64,000 bases of DNA from the IMG/VR virus record IMGVR_UViG_3300010352_001565, positions 115,055 through 179,054 of that record, one strand, 5' to 3'. Below are positions 36,484 to 44,941 of this stretch, piece after piece; the stretch's first letter is position 1; each line of letters opens with the position of its first letter. A model generated the notes under the pieces. It did not search any database. It saw only the letters and a list, made by a program, of their open reading frames with translations, and was not told the DNA's origin. Origin of the DNA: a virus. The translations under genes and the position numbers were made by a program.

Positions 36484-39273
36484 CAGCGACATGATGCTCC
36501 GGGAGTCTACTTAAAGGTTGAGGATCGCAGCCAAGTGATTGGCGGCGAACTTGACGAGTTTGGCTCGAACCTGCGCTACCACCCGAAACCAAGACCAGAG
36601 AAGAGCCCGTTTGCTCCCATCATACTGGTTCAACCTGCCGATCTATTCATTGAGCGAGGCCAGGCCGCGGCGTTCTCTGTGTTTGCGACCGGATCTAAGC
36701 CTCTTCGCTACACATGGTACATCAACTCTGAGCCTGTCCCAAACAATGATACGCCAGAGCTGTCACTCACCAACGTGAGAAACACCACCGACGTCTGGGT
36801 GGACGTCGAGAATGCATACGGAGCCGTGAGGAGCAACCCCGCTTCAGCGAAAGTCCACGTCCCGGTAATAATTCCTCCCTCGATTCGGACGCAGCCTTCC
36901 AGTATCCATGACGCGATTCCGCACATCGAAGTAACGTTTACGGTTGACGCTCGTGGGACAGACCCAGACTACCAGTGGTACGCCGATGGCCAACCTGTGG
37001 GCACAAACAGCAGCGTTCTGAAAGTTCTTGCGGACGCCAACGCCGACTATACCGTGGAGGTCTACAACGAGGCTGGAAGCGTCACAAGCAACGTCGCAGA
37101 GCTTCGTCTTATGGAGGCTCCGATAATCCTCGTTCAACCAGTGGCAGTGTCAGCTCCGAAGGGAAGCCAAGCCACTTTCAGAGTTACGGCATCCGGGGCT
37201 CAGATGTCGTACCAGTGGTTCCGCAACGGAACTCCCGTTGGGATAGACAGCAACGAGCTTGTCGTGAACGCAACCGCATCAGCGAACTTTTGGGTGGTCA
37301 TCACGAATCCTGCAGGACACACCCAGAGCGCGACGGTTCACCTTTCAATTCAGACCGTCATCACATCACAGCCAGCAGACACAACAGTGGCTCCTGGAGA
37401 CTCTGCAATGTTTGCAGTAACGGCAACGGGAGAAGGACTAAGCTACCAGTGGTGCTACGAAAATGGAACTGCAATAAGTGGCGCGACATCGAGCGTGTAC
37501 CAAGTCATAGGAACATCTGGAGCTGGATTCAAGGTCAAAGTCACAGGGTCTGACGGAGTCACTGTGACTAGCAGGGTGGCGCGGTTAACCGTGCAAGCGC
37601 TAGCAACGCGGATCGTCACCCAGCCGGTTGACTCGTTTTCGAACACGTACCATCCAGAAGGGAGATACGATCCGAGCGATCCGTTTCGGAATCCTCCAAC
37701 GGTACAGTTTACTGTAGGCGCCGTGGGCACCAACTTAAGGTACCAATGGTACTGCAACGGGGTTACAACCGAGGATTACGATGGAAGTCCAGGAACATCT
37801 GCTACGTTTGTTCACCCGCGGGCAGACTACCCGAACTGGGAGAATAACGGAGACGTATTTACGTGCAAAGTTACTGGAGATGACGGAGTCACTGTAACAA
37901 GCCAGCCAGCGACGCTTCACCTTACTCCAGATGGAACGTCTCTTGGTCTTGCCACCGGAGGGGCGGACGCCATAGAAGGAACGACAGGATTTGGAATCAT
38001 TTACTACGTTGGTGGAGACGGCCTACTTCTGAAGGTCACAAATAATAGCGGGACTGTCCTGTTTAACGGCGCGCTAAACAGCCGCATAAACAATCCTGGA
38101 ACTTTTGGCGTTCCGGCAGTAGCGCTCGGCACTACCACGTACACATTTGAGCTTAAAGGAGCCGACGGCGTCACGATAACTAAAAGCGCGACGTACACTG
38201 GCAGTCCTTTAACCATAAGTCTGGCTACTCCTCTGACTCCTGCGACCACAACTGTGCTCGGACAAGTGCTGTTTACAGTCGGTGTCACGTCTAACATGAT
38301 ACCAGTCCCAAGTTCTCACGGAGTTGGTGACGGCTGGAATGAAGGCACATACAGCGTCGAGTACACAGTTTGTCCAGCTTCGTACTCGTACTGGTATAGA
38401 GGGAGCGTGGAAACTCCAACACCAGTATTCTTCGCCCACGGGAGCTCGATGAGCGACAACCTTTCTTGCAACACCTGGACGACCAAGTTTTTCCCTCAGA
38501 GCATTGCTGACAATGGAATGGTTGTGACATGCAAGATTACGGCCGTGAATGGAACTGTGCAAAAATCAGTGACAACGACCGCGCTGCTGACGGTAAGACC
38601 TCGTCCTCCACAAATAGTCACAAACCCATCTGCGGTCACGATAGACACGACGCAGACTGCAACATTCACCATAGGCGCGGTAGCTCCCGATGGAGACACA
38701 CTAGCGTATCAGTGGTACAGAGGGTACCTCGACTGGCTTTGGTGGGGAAATCCGATTTCAGGAGCCACGTCACCAACGCTTAACCTGTCAGGACTTAGCT
38801 CATGCGAGGACTGGATAGGGTGCGTGGTAACTGGAACTGGAGGGAACGCCGTCATGACCGTTGGAGTTCCGCTTCACGTTCAGCAAGCACTTCCGCTCTC
38901 TAAGTCATTCACATCCGTAAACCAAAAAGTGGTAGACCTGAGTTTCGGATTTCTTCCTGCTGGAACGTACCACGTCAAGTATACAGGGGGCTTGCTGAAG
39001 TTTAGCCCTGATGGAAACTGGAGAATTGACCAGGCCAACGCCGGGTTTGTAGTTTGGAACAACTTTAACAAGCACACCGACTACCCTCCAGAGTACGTCT
39101 TCTACTACCGGGTTAAAATTCTCGTCAATGAGGGAGGATGGTACGACCACAGCGAAATTGACTTCTACCATGATGGGACCGGAGAAGTGTTCGTCAGGTT
39201 CGTTGACTGGAGCGCTGAGGACAACATTATCGGATCTCCTGCTCCGACCTTCCTGATGACGAGGGTCTCTTAG
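36481..39273 (+). CDS. 930-aa protein with multiple Ig-like repeats (fibre/decoration/receptor-binding candidate)
   Basis: At least five repeats carrying YQW(Y/F/C)..G..(I/V).G(A/T).S..(L/Y) signature typical of bacterial Ig-like domains. Confidence 0.65.
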   Translation: MQRHDAPGVYLKVEDRSQVIGGELDEFGSNLRYHPKPRPEKSPFAPIILVQPADLFIERGQAAAFSVFATGSKPLRYTWYINSEPVPNNDTPELSLTNVRNTTDVWVDVENAYGAVRSNPASAKVHVPVIIPPSIRTQPSSIHDAIPHIEVTFTVDARGTDPDYQWYADGQPVGTNSSVLKVLADANADYTVEVYNEAGSVTSNVAELRLMEAPIILVQPVAVSAPKGSQATFRVTASGAQMSYQWFRNGTPVGIDSNELVVNATASANFWVVITNPAGHTQSATVHLSIQTVITSQPADTTVAPGDSAMFAVTATGEGLSYQWCYENGTAISGATSSVYQVIGTSGAGFKVKVTGSDGVTVTSRVARLTVQALATRIVTQPVDSFSNTYHPEGRYDPSDPFRNPPTVQFTVGAVGTNLRYQWYCNGVTTEDYDGSPGTSATFVHPRADYPNWENNGDVFTCKVTGDDGVTVTSQPATLHLTPDGTSLGLATGGADAIEGTTGFGIIYYVGGDGLLLKVTNNSGTVLFNGALNSRINNPGTFGVPAVALGTTTYTFELKGADGVTITKSATYTGSPLTISLATPLTPATTTVLGQVLFTVGVTSNMIPVPSSHGVGDGWNEGTYSVEYTVCPASYSYWYRGSVETPTPVFFAHGSSMSDNLSCNTWTTKFFPQSIADNGMVVTCKITAVNGTVQKSVTTTALLTVRPRPPQIVTNPSAVTIDTTQTATFTIGAVAPDGDTLAYQWYRGYLDWLWWGNPISGATSPTLNLSGLSSCEDWIGCVVTGTGGNAVMTVGVPLHVQQALPLSKSFTSVNQKVVDLSFGFLPAGTYHVKYTGGLLKFSPDGNWRIDQANAGFVVWNNFNKHTDYPPEYVFYYRVKILVNEGGWYDHSEIDFYHDGTGEVFVRFVDWSAEDNIIGSPAPTFLMTRVS

Positions 39274-39277
39274 CAGG

Positions 39278-39290
39278 TAGTTAAGCCATG
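39278..39290 (+). promoter_or_regulatory. late-type motif TAGTTA-N4-ATG
   Basis: ggTAGTTAagccATG. Confidence 0.5.
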
Positions 39291-39575
39291 AAAACAGCTT
39301 TCATTTTAGCTGGCGGATTGGTTTCGCTGCTGATGCTCTCGGCGTGCAACACAACGGTTGTTGATCAGACGATTGTGGTCAACGGAGTCACAAATCATGT
39401 CCATGTCGCCAACAGCCGGTTTCTCTGGAAGACAGAAGGATACAAGGCTACACCGACAACCAACGGCTACTACTCCATCGACTGTAAAGGAAGCGGAACT
39501 GATGCAGACAGCATTAAAGCTGCCGCTCAGGGAGCCGCTGAAGGAACCGCTCGCGGCCTCGGCGTTGCAAAATAG
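39288..39575 (+). CDS. small lipoprotein
   Basis: MKTAFILAGGLVSLLMLSAC: signal peptide with lipobox L-S-A-C. Confidence 0.55.
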   Translation: MKTAFILAGGLVSLLMLSACNTTVVDQTIVVNGVTNHVHVANSRFLWKTEGYKATPTTNGYYSIDCKGSGTDADSIKAAAQGAAEGTARGLGVAK

Positions 39576-39578
39576 TTT

Positions 39579-39827
39579 ATGAGCATAGAGCGCCTAAAAT
39601 CAGTCCGAGTGTGGGCTCACGGCCTTGGCGCGGCCGCGGTTGGCGGAGGAGCCTCAGCCATTACAGCCATGGTGCTCGATCCAGAGAAGTTCAATTTGAG
39701 CGATCTTTGGATGCTCGCAAAGGCGTTCCTGGTTTCAGCAATTGTCAGCTCTGCGTTTTATCTTGTCAAGTCCCCTCTACCTCCACTTCCAAAGGAAGCC
39801 ACGGAACCCCAGCAGCCTCAGCAATAA
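39579..39827 (+). CDS. small membrane protein
   Basis: Two hydrophobic segments; PLPPLPKE C-terminus. Confidence 0.4.
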   Translation: MSIERLKSVRVWAHGLGAAAVGGGASAITAMVLDPEKFNLSDLWMLAKAFLVSAIVSSAFYLVKSPLPPLPKEATEPQQPQQ

Positions 39828-39834
39828 AAATTTG

Positions 39835-39863
39835 TTTACATTTTGCTGAAAACATGATATAGT
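39835..39863 (+). promoter_or_regulatory. sigma70-like promoter P6 (TTTACA-N17-TGaTATAGT), ATG 7 nt downstream
   Basis: aaatttgTTTACAttttgctgaaaacaTGaTATAGTcagtggtATG. Confidence 0.55.
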
Positions 39864-39870
39864 CAGTGGT

Positions 39871-40260
39871 ATGATGACTGTATCAGAAACTGTGAAGGAA
39901 AAGCCAAAGACTCGCGTATTCCAATACGTTGGTCCTTGCGTTGAGTGTGCATTCAGAGGCGCTCCACCTGGGTACCAAATCCCAGACGACGTCGAACCTG
40001 AGAAAAACAAGCGGCTTGTGCTTCTTCGCGAAGAAAACGGGATCGCAACGTATGGCGTGTTGGACAAGCGCTTCAACCAAGAAGTGACCAACAAGCCGCA
40101 ATTCGCCACTCCGCGCTCGATCACTCCAGCCAGAGCTTCCAGAATGATCGATCTGCTTATCGAGGCGTGCGACAAGTCGATCCGCCATCTGCGCATATCC
40201 CCTCATTTCGTTTCTGCCAGGCCGACAACGGCATCATTCAGAAGGTACATTTCGGAGTAG
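39871..40260 (+). CDS. hypothetical protein
   Basis: 129-aa ORF. Confidence 0.45.
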   Translation: MMTVSETVKEKPKTRVFQYVGPCVECAFRGAPPGYQIPDDVEPEKNKRLVLLREENGIATYGVLDKRFNQEVTNKPQFATPRSITPARASRMIDLLIEACDKSIRHLRISPHFVSARPTTASFRRYISE

Positions 40261-40270
40261 TTAAAGCATG
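40258..40270 (+). promoter_or_regulatory. late-type motif TAGTTA-N4-ATG (TAG is stop of upstream gene)
   Basis: gagTAGTTAaagcATG. Confidence 0.5.
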
Positions 40271-40627
40271 AACAATAGGACGATTGCAAGACAGATCGTT
40301 GAGGAACTCGTTGACGGAGACGACAATTTCAAATATGGAGGGATCGTTGTCATCATTGACGGTGGAGAGCCTGCTAAACCCGAGATCAGGGAGTGCGACG
40401 CTTTCAAAGTTCCGGATGATGTCAACGTCGACCCGTACACCTGCGATGAGTTCGGGTGCGACGACACCGAAGGAATCATCAACTTCTGCCGCAGCTTGAG
40501 ATCAGGAGAATTGGGCCAACCGCTTGGAAAAGCAAAGGTTCAGTTTTTCGGGCTTGACGGTCGCGAAGAACCAGAGGTGCTGACGCCCGAGCACGCCGGT
40601 GCGACGTTGATCTACAACCAGGAGTAG
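40268..40627 (+). CDS. hypothetical acidic protein
   Basis: 119-aa ORF after late motif. Confidence 0.45.
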   Translation: MNNRTIARQIVEELVDGDDNFKYGGIVVIIDGGEPAKPEIRECDAFKVPDDVNVDPYTCDEFGCDDTEGIINFCRSLRSGELGQPLGKAKVQFFGLDGREEPEVLTPEHAGATLIYNQE

Positions 40628-40637
40628 TTAGCGCATG
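40625..40637 (+). promoter_or_regulatory. late-type motif TAGTTA-N4-ATG (TAG is stop of upstream gene)
   Basis: gagTAGTTAgcgcATG. Confidence 0.5.
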
Positions 40638-40991
40638 ACATCGAGAAATGATAAGCTTGCAGAGCGGATTGTTGAAAGCCTTCTTGGCCACAATGAAGCT
40701 GAACCTGGTCCGATTCAACTTCGCCCGTTTACCGAGAGCGACTGGACTGGATACAGCGGCGCTGAACGGCCAGACGGTGGAGAGCCGCTGATCGGCGAGG
40801 TCTCTATTGGCCAGCAAGAGGCCGTGGTGATTGTCAGCAAAAACTCAGTCCAGGTGCTGCTTGGAGAGGATGGAGATACCGTTTACGACTTAGCAACGCC
40901 ATTCAGCCAAGGAAAAGCCGTTGCTGCGTCGCTCGGTCGGGTCAAAAGCACTGCTGAGCTGAAAACGTTAGGATTCCAGCGGATCAATTAA
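40635..40991 (+). CDS. hypothetical protein
   Basis: 118-aa ORF after late motif. Confidence 0.45.
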   Translation: MTSRNDKLAERIVESLLGHNEAEPGPIQLRPFTESDWTGYSGAERPDGGEPLIGEVSIGQQEAVVIVSKNSVQVLLGEDGDTVYDLATPFSQGKAVAASLGRVKSTAELKTLGFQRIN

Positions 40992-41019
40992 CCAGTTCTT
41001 TAAGCGGGGACGAAAATGA

Positions 41020-41053
41020 AAGGCGTGCTGCTACGAGGTGGCACGCCTTTTTA
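41020..41053 (+). terminator. rho-independent terminator
   Basis: ggcgtgc-tgctacgaggtg-gcacgcc then TTTTT; followed by promoter P7. Confidence 0.6.
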
Positions 41054-41078
41054 GTCTAAAAATAGTTGCAAATAAATG

Positions 41079-41106
41079 TTTACATTTTTCCGAAGAATGA
41101 TATAGT
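41079..41106 (+). promoter_or_regulatory. sigma70-like promoter P7 (TTTACA-N16-TGaTATAGT), ATG 8 nt downstream
   Basis: aaaaatagttgcaaataaatgTTTACAtttttccgaagaaTGaTATAGTgcttgtgtATG. Confidence 0.6.
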
Positions 41107-41114
41107 GCTTGTGT

Positions 41115-41996
41115 ATGCCAGATCAAAACAACACTGAACTCGTTACGACCGTCGGCGTCGAGATCGAGATGGAAAACACACGGAATGTCAACTCAGATGT
41201 CCGTTTCATCTCTGACAAGCTCTCCCGTGCCGGTCTCAACTGGGTCGTTAAAACAGACGCTTCTTGCGGCCGCTCTGGAGCGGGAGTTGAGCTAAACTCT
41301 CCCATTCTGCGCACCGACGCTGATCTCAATTCTGTGTCGAGAGTCTGCGAAATGATGGATGAACTTGGTTATAAGGTGACGAAGAAATGCGGGTTGCACG
41401 TCCATATCGACGTCCGCCGTCTCACTGAGGACGAGAGAAACCGCCTTATCCGCTTCTTTGTCCAATACCAAGACTGCTTCTTTGAGCTCGCTCCTGGACG
41501 CCGCGCGGTGCACTACTGCGCGCCGCTGACGGCAGACGTGCTTGCTAAGCTGCGGCAAAACCGCGGTTGGTCTGCGTGGTCTACCCGCTATTTCTGGATG
41601 AACGGGTGCGCTTACACGGAACACGGCACTGTTGAGTTCCGCCTGATGAGTGGCAGCCTCAACCCGAATCATGTGACTGGATGGGTCAACTTCTTGCTTT
41701 ATGTCTATGACAAGGTTGTGAACCACGGAGCTTTCGGAGACGCCACATTCTTCCATCCAGATGCTTCGACTGGACGCGACTGCTTTGACAAAATGCTGCA
41801 CGTCACTGGACTTGACAACCTCGAGGTTGAAGGTCGAGCTGAAGTTGCTCGCAGCTGGGTGACCGCTCGCTGGGACGACGCTCACTCAGATGTCCAGTCA
41901 ATTCGCGCCGAACGACGCCGCCGCCTCCAAGCTGCTTGGCGCGGTGAAGCCCCGTATGTGAAAATCGTATCGCCTAACACCACAATGGCTGACTAG
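41115..41996 (+). CDS. glutamine-synthetase-fold amidoligase (Amidoligase_2/GCS2-like), paralog A
   Basis: TVGVEIEM first strand, GLHVHIDV, VEFRLMSGSLN; same three blocks in genes 43378 and 56981; ORF track start 41109 is alternative upstream codon. Confidence 0.6.
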   Translation: MPDQNNTELVTTVGVEIEMENTRNVNSDVRFISDKLSRAGLNWVVKTDASCGRSGAGVELNSPILRTDADLNSVSRVCEMMDELGYKVTKKCGLHVHIDVRRLTEDERNRLIRFFVQYQDCFFELAPGRRAVHYCAPLTADVLAKLRQNRGWSAWSTRYFWMNGCAYTEHGTVEFRLMSGSLNPNHVTGWVNFLLYVYDKVVNHGAFGDATFFHPDASTGRDCFDKMLHVTGLDNLEVEGRAEVARSWVTARWDDAHSDVQSIRAERRRRLQAAWRGEAPYVKIVSPNTTMAD

Positions 41997-41997
41997 T

Positions 41998-42186
41998 ATG
42001 GGAGACATGGGAGACACATTCAGAGAATTGAAGGACGAACGAAAGCGACTCCGTGAAGAGCACGGAGTCAGCTGTCCTCAGTGCAACGTCAAGCAGCCGA
42101 AGCGGATTCCGACTACCCTTCTGCCGGGACAGCGGTGCAAGGTTTGCGGGTACGTCGACCCGCGTCCGCGACTTCCGTGTTCTTAA
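41998..42186 (+). CDS. small zinc-ribbon protein
   Basis: CPQC..(18 aa)..CKVC. Confidence 0.35.
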   Translation: MGDMGDTFRELKDERKRLREEHGVSCPQCNVKQPKRIPTTLLPGQRCKVCGYVDPRPRLPCS

Positions 42187-42303
42187 AAGCATGGCAGACT
42201 TGAAAGAACTTTTAGAGAAGCTCGCGCAAAGCTCGCAAAGCTAATTTCGCGCCGTGACAGAGAACCCGTTTGACTGGAGCGGTATCCGCATCGCAGTTGA
42301 AGA

Positions 42304-42822
42304 TTGGTCATGCTGTCACGGCGTGTTCTTCTGCTCATGAGCAGACTCTACGCTTTGAGCAAAATAATCTCGTTCCATGACTTGCGCACCTGGAGATCTC
42401 ACCAAGCCGGAAAGGTGGTCGCGACCAATGGAGTCTTCGACATACTTCACGCCGGTCACTGCTCATATCTTCAGCAGGCAAAAGAGCTCGGAGACCGCCT
42501 TGTCGTAGGAATCAACAGCGACTTCGCCGTCAAGTCCCTTAAAGGACCGGCACGCCCAGTAAACTCCCAAGACCACCGCGCCCAGGTACTTGCAGCTCTC
42601 GAGTGCGTTGACGCAGTTTGCATTTTCGACAGCACAAACGCTTCCCTATTTCTTATGCTTGCCGACCCGACCATCTGGGTGAAGGGAAGCGACTACAATA
42701 TCGACAAGGTGAATAAAGAAGAGCGGGATGTGCTTCAGAGCCTCGGGACTGAGATCAAATTCATTCCTTTAGTGGTCGGACTTTCAACAACTTCAACCAT
42801 CGCCAAGATCAATGGACTTTAA
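42304..42822 (+). CDS. sugar-1-phosphate nucleotidyltransferase, RfaE domain II/HldE-like (ADP-heptose synthase-type)
   Basis: TNGVFDILHAGHCSYLQQAKELGDRLVVGINSD..VKSLKG..RPVN..R..VLAALE.VD.V..F...KG.DY parallels RfaE-II FTNGCFDILHAGHVSYL..A..LGDRLIVAVNSD.S.KRLKG..RPVN; HxGH motif. Confidence 0.7.
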   Translation: MVMLSRRVLLLMSRLYALSKIISFHDLRTWRSHQAGKVVATNGVFDILHAGHCSYLQQAKELGDRLVVGINSDFAVKSLKGPARPVNSQDHRAQVLAALECVDAVCIFDSTNASLFLMLADPTIWVKGSDYNIDKVNKEERDVLQSLGTEIKFIPLVVGLSTTSTIAKINGL

Positions 42823-43381
42823 GAAGGATCCGAAGTGCGCCCCGATCGAAATGCGCCGAGATGTGGAGCACCTGGTTGAGATGATCTACACCAACCTGAA
42901 GCAGCCGTATGCATCAATCTGGATCTCCCAGGTGACCCTCCTGGCTCCTCGGTGCAACACAACTAAGCTGTGCAAGGCCATGACATTCTGGATCCTTAAC
43001 GAGCTTACTGGGATGGTCGATTCAATTCGCGCTAGACGCCTAAAAAGGACGATTGCGTTTTACTACAAAATCCATACATCCGAGGCGGCGCACTGCAAGG
43101 CGCTTGTTCATCGGAAAACAAAGAAAGCGGCTCTCCGGTCCAGGGGATACGCCCAGAAGTTCGCCGTTCAGGCCATGGCGTTTGCAATTAAAAACGGGTA
43201 CCGCTCATCAGCCCAGGCTCTTAGGGCGTGCATGCTGTCGCGAATCGCGGTCCGCTCAGGGTCTAAGAAGCACTATCAGCTCAGGCCACATCTTGCTCCT
43301 CACACAGATCCGTTCGGATGCTACACCCATGCCGCCGTAACACTTCTGGTGATGCTTAACCGCTTTGTAGTTAAGCAGTGA
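42812..43381 (+). CDS. hypothetical basic protein
   Basis: 189-aa ORF. Confidence 0.4.
   Translation: MDFKKDPKCAPIEMRRDVEHLVEMIYTNLKQPYASIWISQVTLLAPRCNTTKLCKAMTFWILNELTGMVDSIRARRLKRTIAFYYKIHTSEAAHCKALVHRKTKKAALRSRGYAQKFAVQAMAFAIKNGYRSSAQALRACMLSRIAVRSGSKKHYQLRPHLAPHTDPFGCYTHAAVTLLVMLNRFVVKQ
43368..43380 (+). promoter_or_regulatory. late-type motif TAGTTA-N4-GTG
   Basis: tgTAGTTAagcaGTG. Confidence 0.45.
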
Positions 43382-44373
43382 ACGCCAGACGCGAAATTTG
43401 CAATCTGTTTGAGGACGCTGATCTCAATCTTGGCAGCGTTGGAATTGAGATCGAGATGCTTGCCAGGAAGGACTTGGTTGCAAACCGAGAGCTTGAAGCA
43501 GTTGTCCGCCAGCTCGATTTCACGTACGGGTTCGACGATTCTGTCACTCCAATGGCAGGAAGCCTTGAGGAGCTTTACACAAACGTTGAAATCTCAATCG
43601 GTCCTGATAGGTGGGACTGGATCTCCAAGCGGTTGATGAAGATGCTGGCGTACCTCAAGCACGAGGACTACGTCGCGGTTTCTCGAAAGCACTCAAACAG
43701 CCCTGTCTCAATTTCAACTGAAACGGATCTCTACTCTGATGGCGCAAAGAAAATCAGGCTCGCAAGAGCAAGGGTCCCTCAAAATTTCTCCGCCGGAGTT
43801 CACATCCACTTCGACGCCAACAGCTGGTTTTCAGGAACAGAGCACGCAGCTCGGTTTGTCAAGGTGCTAAATCGCTGGATTGAAGATGTTCCGAGACACC
43901 TGCCAGTTCAGCGTTACGGAAACGACGGCGAGCGAGGCCACGAGTTCGCCAGGATCCAAGGTTATCACGAATTGAACGGGGACAACTGGGGATCAGGATA
44001 CATCAAGCCAGCGGAGTATTTCCACAGAATAGGAAAGAATGTTGACAGGTTCATGGCGCTCAACGTTAAACCAGCTCTGAAACGCGGCGACATTGAGTTC
44101 AGATTCATGCACGGAACTCTCAACTACGCAACAATCGCGGGTTGGTTTGAAACCCTGGCAGAGCTTATGACATACGCGCAGCGCGAGCATGGAGGGTTTT
44201 CGGACTTCGTAGCTTGGTCTGCAAAGAAAGCTCCTGAGACCAAGAAGTTCATCGAGAAATCGTACAAGCTGAGCAAGGCGTCAAAAGAGCCGATCAGAAT
44301 TTCCCCATCAAGAGCCGCTAAAAAGATCCTCAATCCGCGGGCGGCTGACGCGCCTGTGTCAAACCCGGCATAA
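43378..44373 (+). CDS. GS-fold amidoligase, paralog B
   Basis: SVGIEIEM, GVHIHFDAN, IEFRFMHGTLN. Confidence 0.6.
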   Translation: MNARREICNLFEDADLNLGSVGIEIEMLARKDLVANRELEAVVRQLDFTYGFDDSVTPMAGSLEELYTNVEISIGPDRWDWISKRLMKMLAYLKHEDYVAVSRKHSNSPVSISTETDLYSDGAKKIRLARARVPQNFSAGVHIHFDANSWFSGTEHAARFVKVLNRWIEDVPRHLPVQRYGNDGERGHEFARIQGYHELNGDNWGSGYIKPAEYFHRIGKNVDRFMALNVKPALKRGDIEFRFMHGTLNYATIAGWFETLAELMTYAQREHGGFSDFVAWSAKKAPETKKFIEKSYKLSKASKEPIRISPSRAAKKILNPRAADAPVSNPA

Positions 44374-44375
44374 GG

Positions 44376-44404
44376 TTTACAAACTTAAGCAAGCGTGCTA
44401 TGTT
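44376..44404 (+). promoter_or_regulatory. sigma70-like promoter P13 (TTTACA-N17-TATGTT)
   Basis: ggTTTACAaacttaagcaagcgtgcTATGTTagacaaagccATG. Confidence 0.35.
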
Positions 44405-44414
44405 AGACAAAGCC

Positions 44415-44660
44415 ATGGTACTGTTTTTCATACTTCTGCTGGTTTGGACATTTGCGATCGTAATGGCCGCGGCCCTGCTGTGGCTTATTTTTGCCGGACT
44501 TAAACCAGCGCTGAAAGGAATGGCAAACTACTCCGGATTGATTTGGCTAGCTATTGTCATCTCTCTTATCACGCTTTTTGTGGCGCATGACGACCGTGTC
44601 ACCGGATGGGTATTCGTCGTGATGATAGCCATCAGCCTTATTGCTTCGCATCGCAAGTAG
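44415..44660 (+). CDS. small membrane protein (3 hydrophobic segments)
   Basis: MVLFFILLLVWTFAIVMAAALLWLIFAG..; second in-frame ATG of ORF 44400..44660. Confidence 0.35.
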   Translation: MVLFFILLLVWTFAIVMAAALLWLIFAGLKPALKGMANYSGLIWLAIVISLITLFVAHDDRVTGWVFVVMIAISLIASHRK

Positions 44661-44941
44661 TTCTTTTTGACATGCAAGTGTGGGAACTCAGACAGATCCT
44701 TGAAGGACTTGACGGAAACACCGAAATTGTGGCGGGGCAGAAGGGCAGAATCGGCGGCGTTCACCTCTTTGTAGACTGGCAGATTGAACCAGGACGCCGC
44801 GTTGTCTCAGTTGTTCCAGACCAGCCGATGTCTGGTCTGCTTGGAAGGCAGCAAGCGCAAATAACCGCCATGATTGATAAAAAGAAAGCTGATGACGCAG
44901 CTCGCGCGCAAAACACTATCCTCCCTGGCGAGGAGGAATAA
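44606..44941 (+). CDS. hypothetical protein (start uncertain, possibly ATG 44672)
   Basis: ORF 44606..44941. Confidence 0.3.
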   Translation: MGIRRDDSHQPYCFASQVVLFDMQVWELRQILEGLDGNTEIVAGQKGRIGGVHLFVDWQIEPGRRVVSVVPDQPMSGLLGRQQAQITAMIDKKKADDAARAQNTILPGEEE

